DNA of 64,000 bases from Dehalococcoidia bacterium (GTDB taxonomy: Bacteria; Chloroflexota; Dehalococcoidia; Lucifugimonadales; Australimonadaceae), in assembly GCA_965201135.1 (NCBI GenBank), contig OZ241751.1:1460248-1524247 (forward strand), written 5' to 3'. Both the position numbers and the translations under genes were made by a program. This document shows positions 24,163-32,632 of the stretch, one piece after another. Position 1 is the stretch's first letter; each line of letters opens with the position of its first letter. Under the pieces are notes generated by a model. It was not told the origin of the DNA, did not search any database, and saw nothing but the letters and a program-made list of their open reading frames with translations.

Positions 24163-25797
24163 ATGGCCGACTGGCGCAACAAACTCTACTTTGGGGACAA
24201 CCTCCCCATCCTGCGCGAGCGCGTCGCGGACGAGAGCGTCGATCTGATCTACCTCGATCCGCCGTTCAACTCCAACGCGACCTACAACGTGCTCTTCCGG
24301 GAGGCGGCCGGCGAACTCTCGACGGCGCAGATCCAGGCGTTCGACGACACGTGGCATTGGACCATCGAGGCAGAACTCGCCTACGAGGAGATCGTCGCCG
24401 ACGCTCCGCAAGACGTCGTGAACCTCATCGGCGCGATGCGCGGCTTCCTGGGCCGGAACGATATGATGGCCTACCTTACGATGATGACGCCCCGCATCAT
24501 CGAACTGCGCCGCGCGCTCAAGCCGGGGGGCAGCGTCTATCTCCACTGCGACCCCACGGCCAGCCACTACCTCAAACTGCTGATGGACGCCGTGTTCGGC
24601 AAGACGCGATTCCGCAACGAAATTACGTGGAAGCGCACGAGCGCCCACAGCGACGCGCGTCGCTTCGGGCGCGTGCACGACGTCATTCTGTACTACGCGC
24701 GGGACTCGCGTCCGCTTTGGAACGCTCCGCGCCAGCCCTATGACGAAGAGTACATGAGGGACTACTACCGCCGCTCCGATGACGACGGCAGGCGATGGAT
24801 GTCCGACAACCTCAGCGCGGCCGGGCTTACGGGCGGCGGGTACGAATACGAATGGAACGGCGTGAGCCGCGTCTGGCGCGTCCCGAAAGAAACAATGGAG
24901 CGGCTCAGCAGCGAAGGCCGCCTCTTCCACACGGCCAGCGGAATGCCCCGCAGGAAGCGCTACCTCGACGAAATGCCCGGCGTTCCCCTGCAGGACGTCT
25001 GGACGGACATTCCGCCCATCGGATCCCGCGCCCGCGAGCGGCTCGGTTATCCGACGCAGAAGCCGGAGGCGCTGCTGGAGCGCGTCATTCTCTCGTCCAG
25101 CAATGAGGGCGACGTCGTCCTCGACCCCTTCTGCGGATGCGGAACCGCCATCGCCGTCGCAGAGCGCCTCAACCGCCGCTGGATCGGCGTGGACATCACC
25201 CACCTCGCCGTCTCTCTGATGAAGCACCGCCTCGCCGACTCGTTCGGCGAGCGCCTCTCGCCCTACGACGTCGTCGGCGCTCCGCAAGACGTCGCGTCCG
25301 CCCGCGCCCTAGCGTTGGCGAGCGAGCACGACGGGCGCTATCAGTTCGAGTACTGGGCGCTCGGTCTCGTGGAGGCGCGCCCCGCCCACGACCGCCGCAG
25401 AGGAGCGGACGCCGGGGTTGACGGCTACGTCAACTTTCTCGACGACGATTCGGGCAAGATCAAGCGCGTCATCGTGCAAGTGAAGAGCGGGAGGGTCGGG
25501 CGCGCCCACATTGCGACGCTGCGCGGAGATATGGAGCGGCAAGAGGCGGAGATGGGCTTGTTCATCACGCTGGAGCGTCCGACGGAGCCGATGGTCCGCG
25601 ACGCGCTCGCCGCGGGATTCTACGAGCCGCGCCACTTCCCGGGTCGCCGCTTCCCCCGCGTTCAGATACGGACGGTGGAGGAGTTGCTCGCGGGGAACGC
25701 GCCCGAAATCCCCCGGCTTGGCCTTGCCGGCGACCCCACCTTCCGCCGAGCCCCGCGCCGCGCAAGCGCTCCCGGCCCCGTCGAACCCATGCTGTGA
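24163..25797 (+). CDS. beta-class N4/N6 DNA methyltransferase fused to a C-terminal Mrr-like restriction endonuclease domain
   Basis: 544 aa. Catalytic LIYLDPPFNS precedes the SAM motif VLDPFCGCGTA, which is the beta-class order. The C-terminal ~150 aa read ..GADAGVDGYVNF..RVIVQVKSGRV..GLFITLE.., matching an Mrr/PD-QxK-type core. Confidence 0.85.
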   Translation: MADWRNKLYFGDNLPILRERVADESVDLIYLDPPFNSNATYNVLFREAAGELSTAQIQAFDDTWHWTIEAELAYEEIVADAPQDVVNLIGAMRGFLGRNDMMAYLTMMTPRIIELRRALKPGGSVYLHCDPTASHYLKLLMDAVFGKTRFRNEITWKRTSAHSDARRFGRVHDVILYYARDSRPLWNAPRQPYDEEYMRDYYRRSDDDGRRWMSDNLSAAGLTGGGYEYEWNGVSRVWRVPKETMERLSSEGRLFHTASGMPRRKRYLDEMPGVPLQDVWTDIPPIGSRARERLGYPTQKPEALLERVILSSSNEGDVVLDPFCGCGTAIAVAERLNRRWIGVDITHLAVSLMKHRLADSFGERLSPYDVVGAPQDVASARALALASEHDGRYQFEYWALGLVEARPAHDRRRGADAGVDGYVNFLDDDSGKIKRVIVQVKSGRVGRAHIATLRGDMERQEAEMGLFITLERPTEPMVRDALAAGFYEPRHFPGRRFPRVQIRTVEELLAGNAPEIPRLGLAGDPTFRRAPRRASAPGPVEPML

Positions 25798-25812
25798 TGG
25801 GGCGACGCGCTC

Positions 25813-27231
25813 CTACCCATCCTCCGCGAGGGGAGGCCAGCGATGCGACCACGGGCGGGCGCGCTCTATCGCGGCGGCGGCGCGCAGGACGCCCACGTCG
25901 TCATGCAGCTGCCCGACGATCTGGACGGCGAGAGGCAGTCCGTTCGAGTGAAATCCCACGGGGACGGCGGCGGCGGGGTTGTAGGCGTGGTTGAACGGCG
26001 TGTTGAAACTTTGCGGCGGGCGCGACCTGTCCGGCAGGCGGACGTCCTCTATCCGCTGCGCGGGGCCCGACTGCGGGCTGAGCAGCAGGTCGTAGTCGCG
26101 GAACCACTCCTGAACGCGGAGGGAGTAGGCGCGGTTGCGGCGGACGACGCGCCGATATTGCCACGCTTTGGCGCGCGGCCCCGCCTCGTAGACCGGACGG
26201 GCGACCTCGCTCAGGTCGTCCAGATGCTTTTCGAGGAAGCCGGGAATCATCGCCTCGGCGGCGGCGTAGTGGTCGCCGGAGTAGGCCCAAACGCCGGGCT
26301 CCAGTTCCTCCGGCTCTTCGATGGTCGGCGGATCGGCCTCCGTAACGACGCAGCCGGCGTCCTCGAAGAATCGCGCCGTCTCCCGCGTGAAGGCGACCGC
26401 CTCGGCGTCCATTGCGAAGCCGCGTCCGAAGTCGTAACTCACGGCGACGCGGAGGCCGCGCAGGTCGCCCGAGGCGAACGCGAAGTAATCGGCGACGGGC
26501 GGCAGGTTGGAGTCGGCGTCGCGGGGGTCCGCGCCGGCGAGCGCATTGAGGACGAGGGCGGCGTCGCGGACGGTTCGCGTGAGCGGGCCGTTGTGGGAGC
26601 GGCCGGGAGCGGCGCGCCACGTTTGGACGGACGGCATGCGCTGGTAGGTCGGCTTGAGGCCAAACACTCCGTTGATCGCGGCGGGCATCCGCACGGAGCC
26701 GCCGGAGTCCGTTCCGATTGCGAGGGGGCCAAGTCCAGCGGCGACCTGCGCTCCGGCGCCCCCGCTGGAGCCGCCGCAGGTATGCTCCGGGCTCCACGGG
26801 TTGCGCCCCGGCGGGCTGAGGCGGTTGTCGACCGCGCCGTGCAGGGCGAACTCCGGCAGGTTCGTTTTGCCGATGAGAACGCCGCCCTCGCGCCGGACGC
26901 GCCGCGCGATTTCGGAGTCCGGCTGGCGGTTGTCCGCGAACGGCAGCGAGCCGTAGGTGGTGGGGAGCCCCGCCATCTCGATGCTGTCTTTCAGCGAGAT
27001 CGGGACGCCGCAGAGCAGGCCGCGCTCGCCGGATCCGAGCCACGCGGCTTCCGCCGCCTGCGCCGCCCGCTCCGCGCCGTCCGGGTTGAGCGCGAGGAAC
27101 GCGCTCAACGTCGGATCGAGGCGCTCGACGCGCTCGAAGACCTCTCGAACGACCTCTACGGGCGAGAAGTCGCGCCGCCGATAGCCGTCCAGCAGTTCGA
27201 CGGCGGAGAGCCGCCAGAAGCCGCCGCTCAC
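25813..27231 (-). CDS. amidase (amidase-signature family)
   Basis: GTG at 27231 overlaps the upstream TGA (GTGA). The AS signature GGSSGGAGAQVAAGLGPLAIGTDSGGSVRMPAA and ..PISLKDS.. are present. The N-terminal 140 codons of the 615-aa track ORF are out-of-frame overlap. Confidence 0.9.
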   Translation of the reverse strand: MSGGFWRLSAVELLDGYRRRDFSPVEVVREVFERVERLDPTLSAFLALNPDGAERAAQAAEAAWLGSGERGLLCGVPISLKDSIEMAGLPTTYGSLPFADNRQPDSEIARRVRREGGVLIGKTNLPEFALHGAVDNRLSPPGRNPWSPEHTCGGSSGGAGAQVAAGLGPLAIGTDSGGSVRMPAAINGVFGLKPTYQRMPSVQTWRAAPGRSHNGPLTRTVRDAALVLNALAGADPRDADSNLPPVADYFAFASGDLRGLRVAVSYDFGRGFAMDAEAVAFTRETARFFEDAGCVVTEADPPTIEEPEELEPGVWAYSGDHYAAAEAMIPGFLEKHLDDLSEVARPVYEAGPRAKAWQYRRVVRRNRAYSLRVQEWFRDYDLLLSPQSGPAQRIEDVRLPDRSRPPQSFNTPFNHAYNPAAAVPVGFHSNGLPLAVQIVGQLHDDVGVLRAAAAIERARPWSHRWPPLAEDG

Positions 27232-27791
27232 GACGCCGCCAGTTGCTCTTTGAGGAGCGCGGTCTGCTTCGCCATCGGCACGCCCGCCCAGAGCGGCTCG
27301 CGGTCTTCGCGCTCGATGACGAGTTCGATGAGCGTCGGCCCAGGCGCCGCCCATATCTCCGGAAGGCGCTCGATGAGGTCTTCCGCCTTCTCGACGCGGA
27401 GCGCGTTCGCGTAGCCCGCCGCTTTGGCGAGCGCGACCCAGTCGAACCGCCCCGCCGCGGGCAGTTGCTGGTTGCCGGTGCTCTGATGCAGGCCGTTGGC
27501 GAACACGAAGTGCCGGAAGTTCTCCGGCGCCTGTCCGGCGATGGTGACGAGCGAGCCGAGTTGCATCAGCAAACTGCCGTCGCCGTCCAGAACCATCACG
27601 TTTTTGTCGGGGCGCGCCAGCGCGAGCCCGAGCCCGATGGACGACGCGCTGCCCATGCACTGCGAGGCGTCAATGTGCAGCGTCTCGCCCTGCCCGGCCT
27701 GGTGCCACGGATGCACCGATTGCATCGTGACGACGGACACGGCGCCGCCGCGCCCCTCCGCGAGAATTGCTATGGCTTCGTTGCGCTGCAT
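27228..27791 (-). CDS. TPP-dependent decarboxylase, beta (pyrophosphate-binding) subunit; sulfopyruvate/phosphonopyruvate decarboxylase-like
   Basis: 187 aa. TPP motif VLDGDGSLLMQLGSL..FANGLHQSTG (GDG-X-N). Confidence 0.8.
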   Translation of the reverse strand: MQRNEAIAILAEGRGGAVSVVTMQSVHPWHQAGQGETLHIDASQCMGSASSIGLGLALARPDKNVMVLDGDGSLLMQLGSLVTIAGQAPENFRHFVFANGLHQSTGNQQLPAAGRFDWVALAKAAGYANALRVEKAEDLIERLPEIWAAPGPTLIELVIEREDREPLWAGVPMAKQTALLKEQLAAS

Positions 27792-27794
27792 TGG

Positions 27795-28820
27795 CTAGCC
27801 TGCCCTCTGGAGCTCTTGTCCGTTAGCCTTGGCGGGCGGCAACGCGGACTCAGGGAAGTCCTGGTCTATCCGCTCGACCAAAGCCAACGCCCTCTCCGCC
27901 ACCCGCCTAGCGGCGTCACGCACGCGGAACTGGTAACTTGCGGCAGCGGAAATGTCGTGCACCAGCCCTGTGTGCACTACGACCTCCCAACCCTGCTCCC
28001 ACTTTACGCAAGCGGACAAAAACTCTTCAACGCGCTCGTCCAGCGGAGGTTCGTGTCCTTTCTGGTAAGGAGTCCGAGTGTACTGTCGCCACCCTCCTAC
28101 TCTGGCGTGCTCGAAAGCCTGAGCAAGGCTTGCCTCTTGATGCTCGAGGAGATAGGGCACCATCTCGGTGGAGAAGAAACGCCCATTTATCTTGTTGGCC
28201 ACAATGAATTCGGCTGCGGGGGCTTGGAGGTCAGCCGGCAACCGCCCAACCGATTGAGCAATCGTGAAATTAATCGCGCCCGATTCCAACATAACCCGCA
28301 CTGTCGGTTTGAGTTGCAACACGCGAACCAACTGCGGCCACTCTTGCCCCCCCCCAAGCCTTTCCCGGTAGTCATCCCACAACTCGGGGCGCTCTATGAG
28401 GCCGAGTTGGCCGAGAGCCTTCTCTAGCCCCGCTATCTTCGTGTTTGGGCTCAGCGACCTCGTCTGCATGACCCTGCTGACTTTCTTGTACAGCAGGTCT
28501 TCGTCCGACGGGCGAGAGATAACCTTAGCCCTGAGCGCAGGGATCCCGACCAACTGGGCCGCGCGCCAGCGCCGCTCTCCATCGTGGAGATCGAAGAAGC
28601 CTGCCCAGCCGCCATCGTCTCTCAGCAACGGGAAGACCGTTATCTCGTCGAACTGTCCCAACAGTTCGATGTTTTTGCCCAGGTCCATCAAGTCCGCCTC
28701 GTCGAACTCCTGGCGAAGGTTCTCCGGGTCAGGCTTGATGAGCTGAACGGGCATGTCAACGACGAGCCCGTACCAGGAAGATACGGGCGCCAACGCCAAG
28801 TGGTCCATGGTCGTAGTCAT
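27795..28820 (-). CDS. ParB/Srx-domain protein with a canonical arginine patch and a unique C-terminus
   Basis: 341 aa. Reads ..VQLIKPDPENLRQEFDEADLMDLGKNIELLGQFDEITVF..DLHDGERRWRAAQLVGIPALRAKVI.., then QTRSLSPNTKIAGLEKAL and an HTH-like INFTIAQSVGRL. The ATG overlaps the upstream stop (ATGA at 28817-28820). The stop lies 3 nt before the ATG of the beta subunit. Confidence 0.8.
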   Translation of the reverse strand: MTTTMDHLALAPVSSWYGLVVDMPVQLIKPDPENLRQEFDEADLMDLGKNIELLGQFDEITVFPLLRDDGGWAGFFDLHDGERRWRAAQLVGIPALRAKVISRPSDEDLLYKKVSRVMQTRSLSPNTKIAGLEKALGQLGLIERPELWDDYRERLGGGQEWPQLVRVLQLKPTVRVMLESGAINFTIAQSVGRLPADLQAPAAEFIVANKINGRFFSTEMVPYLLEHQEASLAQAFEHARVGGWRQYTRTPYQKGHEPPLDERVEEFLSACVKWEQGWEVVVHTGLVHDISAAASYQFRVRDAARRVAERALALVERIDQDFPESALPPAKANGQELQRAG

Positions 28821-29608
28821 GGCCTTCTCCCCATACTGCCAAGCCTGTCCGCGGCATCTTGCAACGCTAGTTCCTGGTAATTGCGCGGTAAGCCTGTCTG
28901 GAGCATAACCCAGTTCATCAGCTCACGGCTCACACGCGCCTGAGCTTGGCGCAAACGCCTCTGGTACCGCCTGATCTCTCTTGCGGTTTGCTGGAAGCTC
29001 AGCGTGAGGTTTCCGAACGTTTGCTCGGGCAATTGCGGCAGTATCTCTTGGATGTCGGCATATGGGATTCCGTGAAGACCCGTCAGGGTCTCTCCGAGGG
29101 ACTCATCCTCGGCCATACTGTCATGGATTGCCTGAAGCGTTCGGTAGTCGCCTCTTTGGAGCGCTTGGCGTTGCTCTTCGATGTTTGAGGCAGCCCGGAT
29201 GGACCTAGCGGTATTCCTCCGCGTAGACAGGTCCTTGTCCCTAGCGCGCTGCATAGGCGCCAAGTCGCCTGCGAGCAGGGGAACGGTCTGAGCCTCGCCA
29301 GTCTGAGGGTTGGTCCAGACGTACCACAGCGCCTTGTAGAGGAATATCCGGCCAAACGGCACAGCGTTGAAGGTGAAGTAGCCAGGCGCCCTGGCCTTGA
29401 GTTTGTCTCTCCCGATGGCCTGAGCCCTCCTGAAGCGGCGCTCATAGGACTCGTAGGGATACGCCGGGGCGCCGACATCATAGCCCAACGCCACTTCGAT
29501 CACTCGCTCAATCCGAACGCCGTAGGTGTTCGCGGCAAGGTATATGCCGATCTGGAGGTTGTCGCGCTGTTCTTCGACGCTTGGGGTTCTCGCAACCATA
29601 CTAACCAC
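28817..29608 (-). CDS. hypothetical protein with no recognisable motif; partner of the ParB-like gene
   Basis: Clean 263-aa ORF with protein-like composition, an alpha/beta-looking N-terminal half and a helical, Arg/Gln-rich C-terminal half (..REIRRYQRRLRQAQARVSRE..). It starts 13 nt after the alpha-subunit stop. Confidence 0.7.
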   Translation of the reverse strand: MVSMVARTPSVEEQRDNLQIGIYLAANTYGVRIERVIEVALGYDVGAPAYPYESYERRFRRAQAIGRDKLKARAPGYFTFNAVPFGRIFLYKALWYVWTNPQTGEAQTVPLLAGDLAPMQRARDKDLSTRRNTARSIRAASNIEEQRQALQRGDYRTLQAIHDSMAEDESLGETLTGLHGIPYADIQEILPQLPEQTFGNLTLSFQQTAREIRRYQRRLRQAQARVSRELMNWVMLQTGLPRNYQELALQDAADRLGSMGRRP

Positions 29609-29621
29609 CCTGCTCCATATC

Positions 29622-30170
29622 TTACAATGTCGGGGCGCCGACGATCAAGGCGGCGGGGCCCATCGTCTCGTGGGCGCGGTCGTAGGCGGCCCGGATATTG
29701 CCGACGTCCTCCGGGCCCTCCAGCCGGTAGTGGGGAACGCCCCAGACGTCCAGCGTCGGCTCCACCATACGCACGGCGCGCGACTTGCTCTCCTCTATGG
29801 GAAGCATGGGGTCACGCTGGTACTGTCCCACGAAGATGAGCGTCGGCACGCGGGCGTCCAGCGGAATCGCCTTGATCGTGTTGATGGAGGCGAATATCCC
29901 GTTGTTCTGGATGAGGAGCATCGGGTTCTTGCCGCCGACGTAGAGGCCCGCGTTGATCCCCATCGCCTCGTCCTCCGTGCACGCCGTGACGAAGCGGATC
30001 GCGGGGTCGTCCTGCAGGAGGGCGATGAGCGTCTTCTGATACGAGTCGGGGATGCAGACGACGTGGTCGATTCCCAACGCGCGCAACTCCGCCGCGATGA
30101 CGGACGCCTCAACGCCCCGCGCGACCGGCTCGGCCGGAGCCGCTTCCGCCGGAGTCGTTCCCGTAGTCAT
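29622..30170 (-). CDS. TPP-dependent decarboxylase, alpha (pyrimidine-binding) subunit; sulfopyruvate/phosphonopyruvate decarboxylase-like
   Basis: ATG at 30170 (MTTGTTPAEA..). Reads ..LGIDHVVCIPDSYQKTL..ACTEDEAMGINAGLYVGG..LLIQNNG.., the PYR domain with the catalytic Glu. The rest of the 596-aa track ORF is out-of-frame overlap with the RidA-like gene. Confidence 0.8.
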   Translation of the reverse strand: MTTGTTPAEAAPAEPVARGVEASVIAAELRALGIDHVVCIPDSYQKTLIALLQDDPAIRFVTACTEDEAMGINAGLYVGGKNPMLLIQNNGIFASINTIKAIPLDARVPTLIFVGQYQRDPMLPIEESKSRAVRMVEPTLDVWGVPHYRLEGPEDVGNIRAAYDRAHETMGPAALIVGAPTL

Positions 30171-30172
30171 CG

Positions 30173-31348
30173 CTACGCTCCCGCGATGCAGGAGAGTTCG
30201 ACCTCGGCGTTGCCCGCCAAGTCCACGCCCACGATATTCATCGTCGGCGGGTCGGCGCCGAAGAATTCGCCCGCGATCTCGACGAACTCGTCCTCGAAGT
30301 AGATGTCGTCGAGGAAGACGTCGAGGCGCAGGACGCTCTCCAACGACGAGTCGAACCGGTTGAGCGCGGCGTCCAAGCGGCGGAGCGCCTGCCGCGCCTG
30401 CCCCTGCCGGTCGCCGTGCAAATCTTGCCGGACGGCGCCGGAGCGCTCGTCGGCGAGCCCGGACGCGCCGGACGCGAACACGAGGCCGTTGGCGCGGACG
30501 GCCTGCGCCCGGTTGGGGTCTTCGGAAAGCCAAGCGGTCTCTTTCGCCGCGCCGGGATTGACGGCGACCCCGCCGATCTCCATCAGGCCGCGCCCGCCGA
30601 GGAGCGTTCCGACGGAGTAGGCGGCGAACGGAACGCTCCCGCCGAACCGCCGCTTGAGGGAGGCGTAGTAGGGGGCGGCGTCGCCGACGCGCTTGAGCGC
30701 GCAGTCCGTCCGAACGAGGTCGTCCAAACTCCCGCCGCCCTTCTCCAAGTGCGAGCGCAGCCACTCGTATGTGTAGAGCAACTCCGTCTCGAACTGCTCC
30801 GGGACTTCCTCTTGCGCCTCCTCGTCGGTGAACGGGTTGGAGCGTCCGCGCACGCCGATGACGTAGGTGAAGTCGCCGCAGCGGGTGATGCGCGAGGCGC
30901 GGCCCCGGTGGGGCTGATGCACGAAGACATGGCGCTCGAGGTCGGGCGTCATCGCCATCACGACGGCAGTGAGCATATTGACGCCGGCCATCTTGCACTG
31001 CGCGCCGAAACTCACCGCGAGTTTGTGCCCCTCCTCGCCGAAGTGGTCGGGCCAGGTCGCCATGCGCTCCAGCCGCCACGACTGCCCGGACGTGAAGTTC
31101 TCGATCCAAACCGCCGCGTCGCCGCCGTAGCCGACCTGCTCGAGGCGGCGCGCCTGCCTCCCGTAGGCGTTGTTGCATTGCGGAACGGCCTGCCCGTCCA
31201 GTTCCGGATCGACGCGCTGCGTGACCAGGTCGCGGTGGCCGTCGGAGGAGGAGAGGAACACGTAGGGGCCGTACCGGAGGACGGCGGCCATGTTGCGGTT
31301 GCGCTCGTCGGCGAGCAGCGTCTCTTTCTTGTAGCGGTTCTCGGCCAC
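30173..31348 (-). CDS. multi-domain RidA/YjgF-like protein
   Basis: 391 aa with a GTG start. The C-terminal domain ..NGLVFASGASG..GQARQALRRLDAALNRFDSSLESVLRLDVFLDD..VELSCIA fits the RidA pattern, and two further similar-length segments lie upstream. Confidence 0.6.
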   Translation of the reverse strand: MAENRYKKETLLADERNRNMAAVLRYGPYVFLSSSDGHRDLVTQRVDPELDGQAVPQCNNAYGRQARRLEQVGYGGDAAVWIENFTSGQSWRLERMATWPDHFGEEGHKLAVSFGAQCKMAGVNMLTAVVMAMTPDLERHVFVHQPHRGRASRITRCGDFTYVIGVRGRSNPFTDEEAQEEVPEQFETELLYTYEWLRSHLEKGGGSLDDLVRTDCALKRVGDAAPYYASLKRRFGGSVPFAAYSVGTLLGGRGLMEIGGVAVNPGAAKETAWLSEDPNRAQAVRANGLVFASGASGLADERSGAVRQDLHGDRQGQARQALRRLDAALNRFDSSLESVLRLDVFLDDIYFEDEFVEIAGEFFGADPPTMNIVGVDLAGNAEVELSCIAGA

Positions 31349-31350
31349 GT

Positions 31351-32559
31351 CTACGCTCCGTTCGGGCCGCGGATCCCGAATATCCGCTGCGCGCGCGCCC
31401 AGACGACCTCATGCACCAGGTCGGGGTCGGTTCCGGTGAACATGCGCTCCATCGCGGGCGTCGCGTCCGGCCACGTCTGCCCCTGCTCGTGGGGGTAGTC
31501 GCAGCCCCATATCACGCTGTCCCGGATGAGGAACTCGGGGTCGGGGATCATCTTCGCGCCGATGTAGTCCTCCTCGAAGGTGAAGGACATATTGCGCTGC
31601 AGGTAGACCAGCGGATCCTCCTTGAGCGGGTGGATGGAGTCCGGCATGCGGTCGTTGTGGCAGCGCCGCATCCACTGGAAGAGGAACGGCAGCCATCCGA
31701 TGCGGCACTCCGCGACGGAGACGTGCAGGCTGGGATGGCGGTCGAATATCCCGCTGAACACGAACTGGGCGATGTGCTTGCCCGCCGGATTGAACGGCAC
31801 TTGCGAGAAGTGCGCGAGCGACTGCCCGCGCTCGTTCGGGGGGTAGGGCGTTCCCGCCGCGTCCCCGATGTGCGTGCAGACCGTCGTTCCCGTCTCCACC
31901 GCCGCCTCCCAAACGGGCTCCCAAACGGGCGACCAGACGCCCTCCGCCATGTCGTTCGGGCTCAGTTCGACGGCGCGGACGCCCTGATCGGCGAGGCGGC
32001 GCAGTTCGGCGGCGCAGGTCTCGGGGAACGCCGCGTGCAGCCAGGGGAGGACGAACAGGCGGTCGGGCGCGCGCGCGCAAGTCTCCATCGCCCAGTCGTT
32101 GAACGCGCGGTAGACCGCCTTCTCCAACTCCTTGTCCTTGAACGTCCACTTCCGCGTGTTGCCGTAGAACACGCCGGCGTACAACTCGCCGATGTCCATG
32201 TGCTGCAGAAGCACGTCGGGGTCCGAGGGCGGCAACTTGCCCTCCTCGACCTCAACGGGATCGAACCGCTTGGCGTACTTCGGCCAGTCCTTCCCGTCCG
32301 CCGCGAAGGCGTGGATGTCGCCCTCCCACTGCCACGCCGTGCCCTTGTCGGACTCGACGACTTTGGGCGCGGCGTCCTTGAACTTCGCGGGAATGCGCGA
32401 CTGGATGACGTCGCGGGGGTACCACACCAGGTCGATGTGGTTGTCCGCCGATATGTACTTGTAGGCGGCCTCGTCCCCGGCGCGCGTCTCGCGGACGCTG
32501 TCGTTGCGCCTGCGGGCCGTGCCGCCGAGTTTGTCGGCGCGGACGTTCTCTTCCGGCAT
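31351..32559 (-). CDS. amidohydrolase-2 (PF04909/ACMSD-like) family protein
   Basis: 402 aa. N-terminal metal-site-like YISADNHIDL, ..LSPNDM.., and C-terminal ..WGCDYPHEQG... Confidence 0.8.
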   Translation of the reverse strand: MPEENVRADKLGGTARRRNDSVRETRAGDEAAYKYISADNHIDLVWYPRDVIQSRIPAKFKDAAPKVVESDKGTAWQWEGDIHAFAADGKDWPKYAKRFDPVEVEEGKLPPSDPDVLLQHMDIGELYAGVFYGNTRKWTFKDKELEKAVYRAFNDWAMETCARAPDRLFVLPWLHAAFPETCAAELRRLADQGVRAVELSPNDMAEGVWSPVWEPVWEAAVETGTTVCTHIGDAAGTPYPPNERGQSLAHFSQVPFNPAGKHIAQFVFSGIFDRHPSLHVSVAECRIGWLPFLFQWMRRCHNDRMPDSIHPLKEDPLVYLQRNMSFTFEEDYIGAKMIPDPEFLIRDSVIWGCDYPHEQGQTWPDATPAMERMFTGTDPDLVHEVVWARAQRIFGIRGPNGA

Positions 32560-32632
32560 AATGGCTTCCTTCCCCCCGCGCGCCGCTAGCCCGCGCGGGA
32601 CATGGGAATCGTAGGATTGATTCGCCTCAGTG

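Noticed and set aside
27780-29640. Direct or inverted repeats, att-like sites, or a recombinase marking the ends of the ParB-like cassette.
   Set aside because: Only a trivial shared gctcca hexamer lies near both junctions. No convincing repeats or integrase were found, so the insertion mechanism remains unknown.
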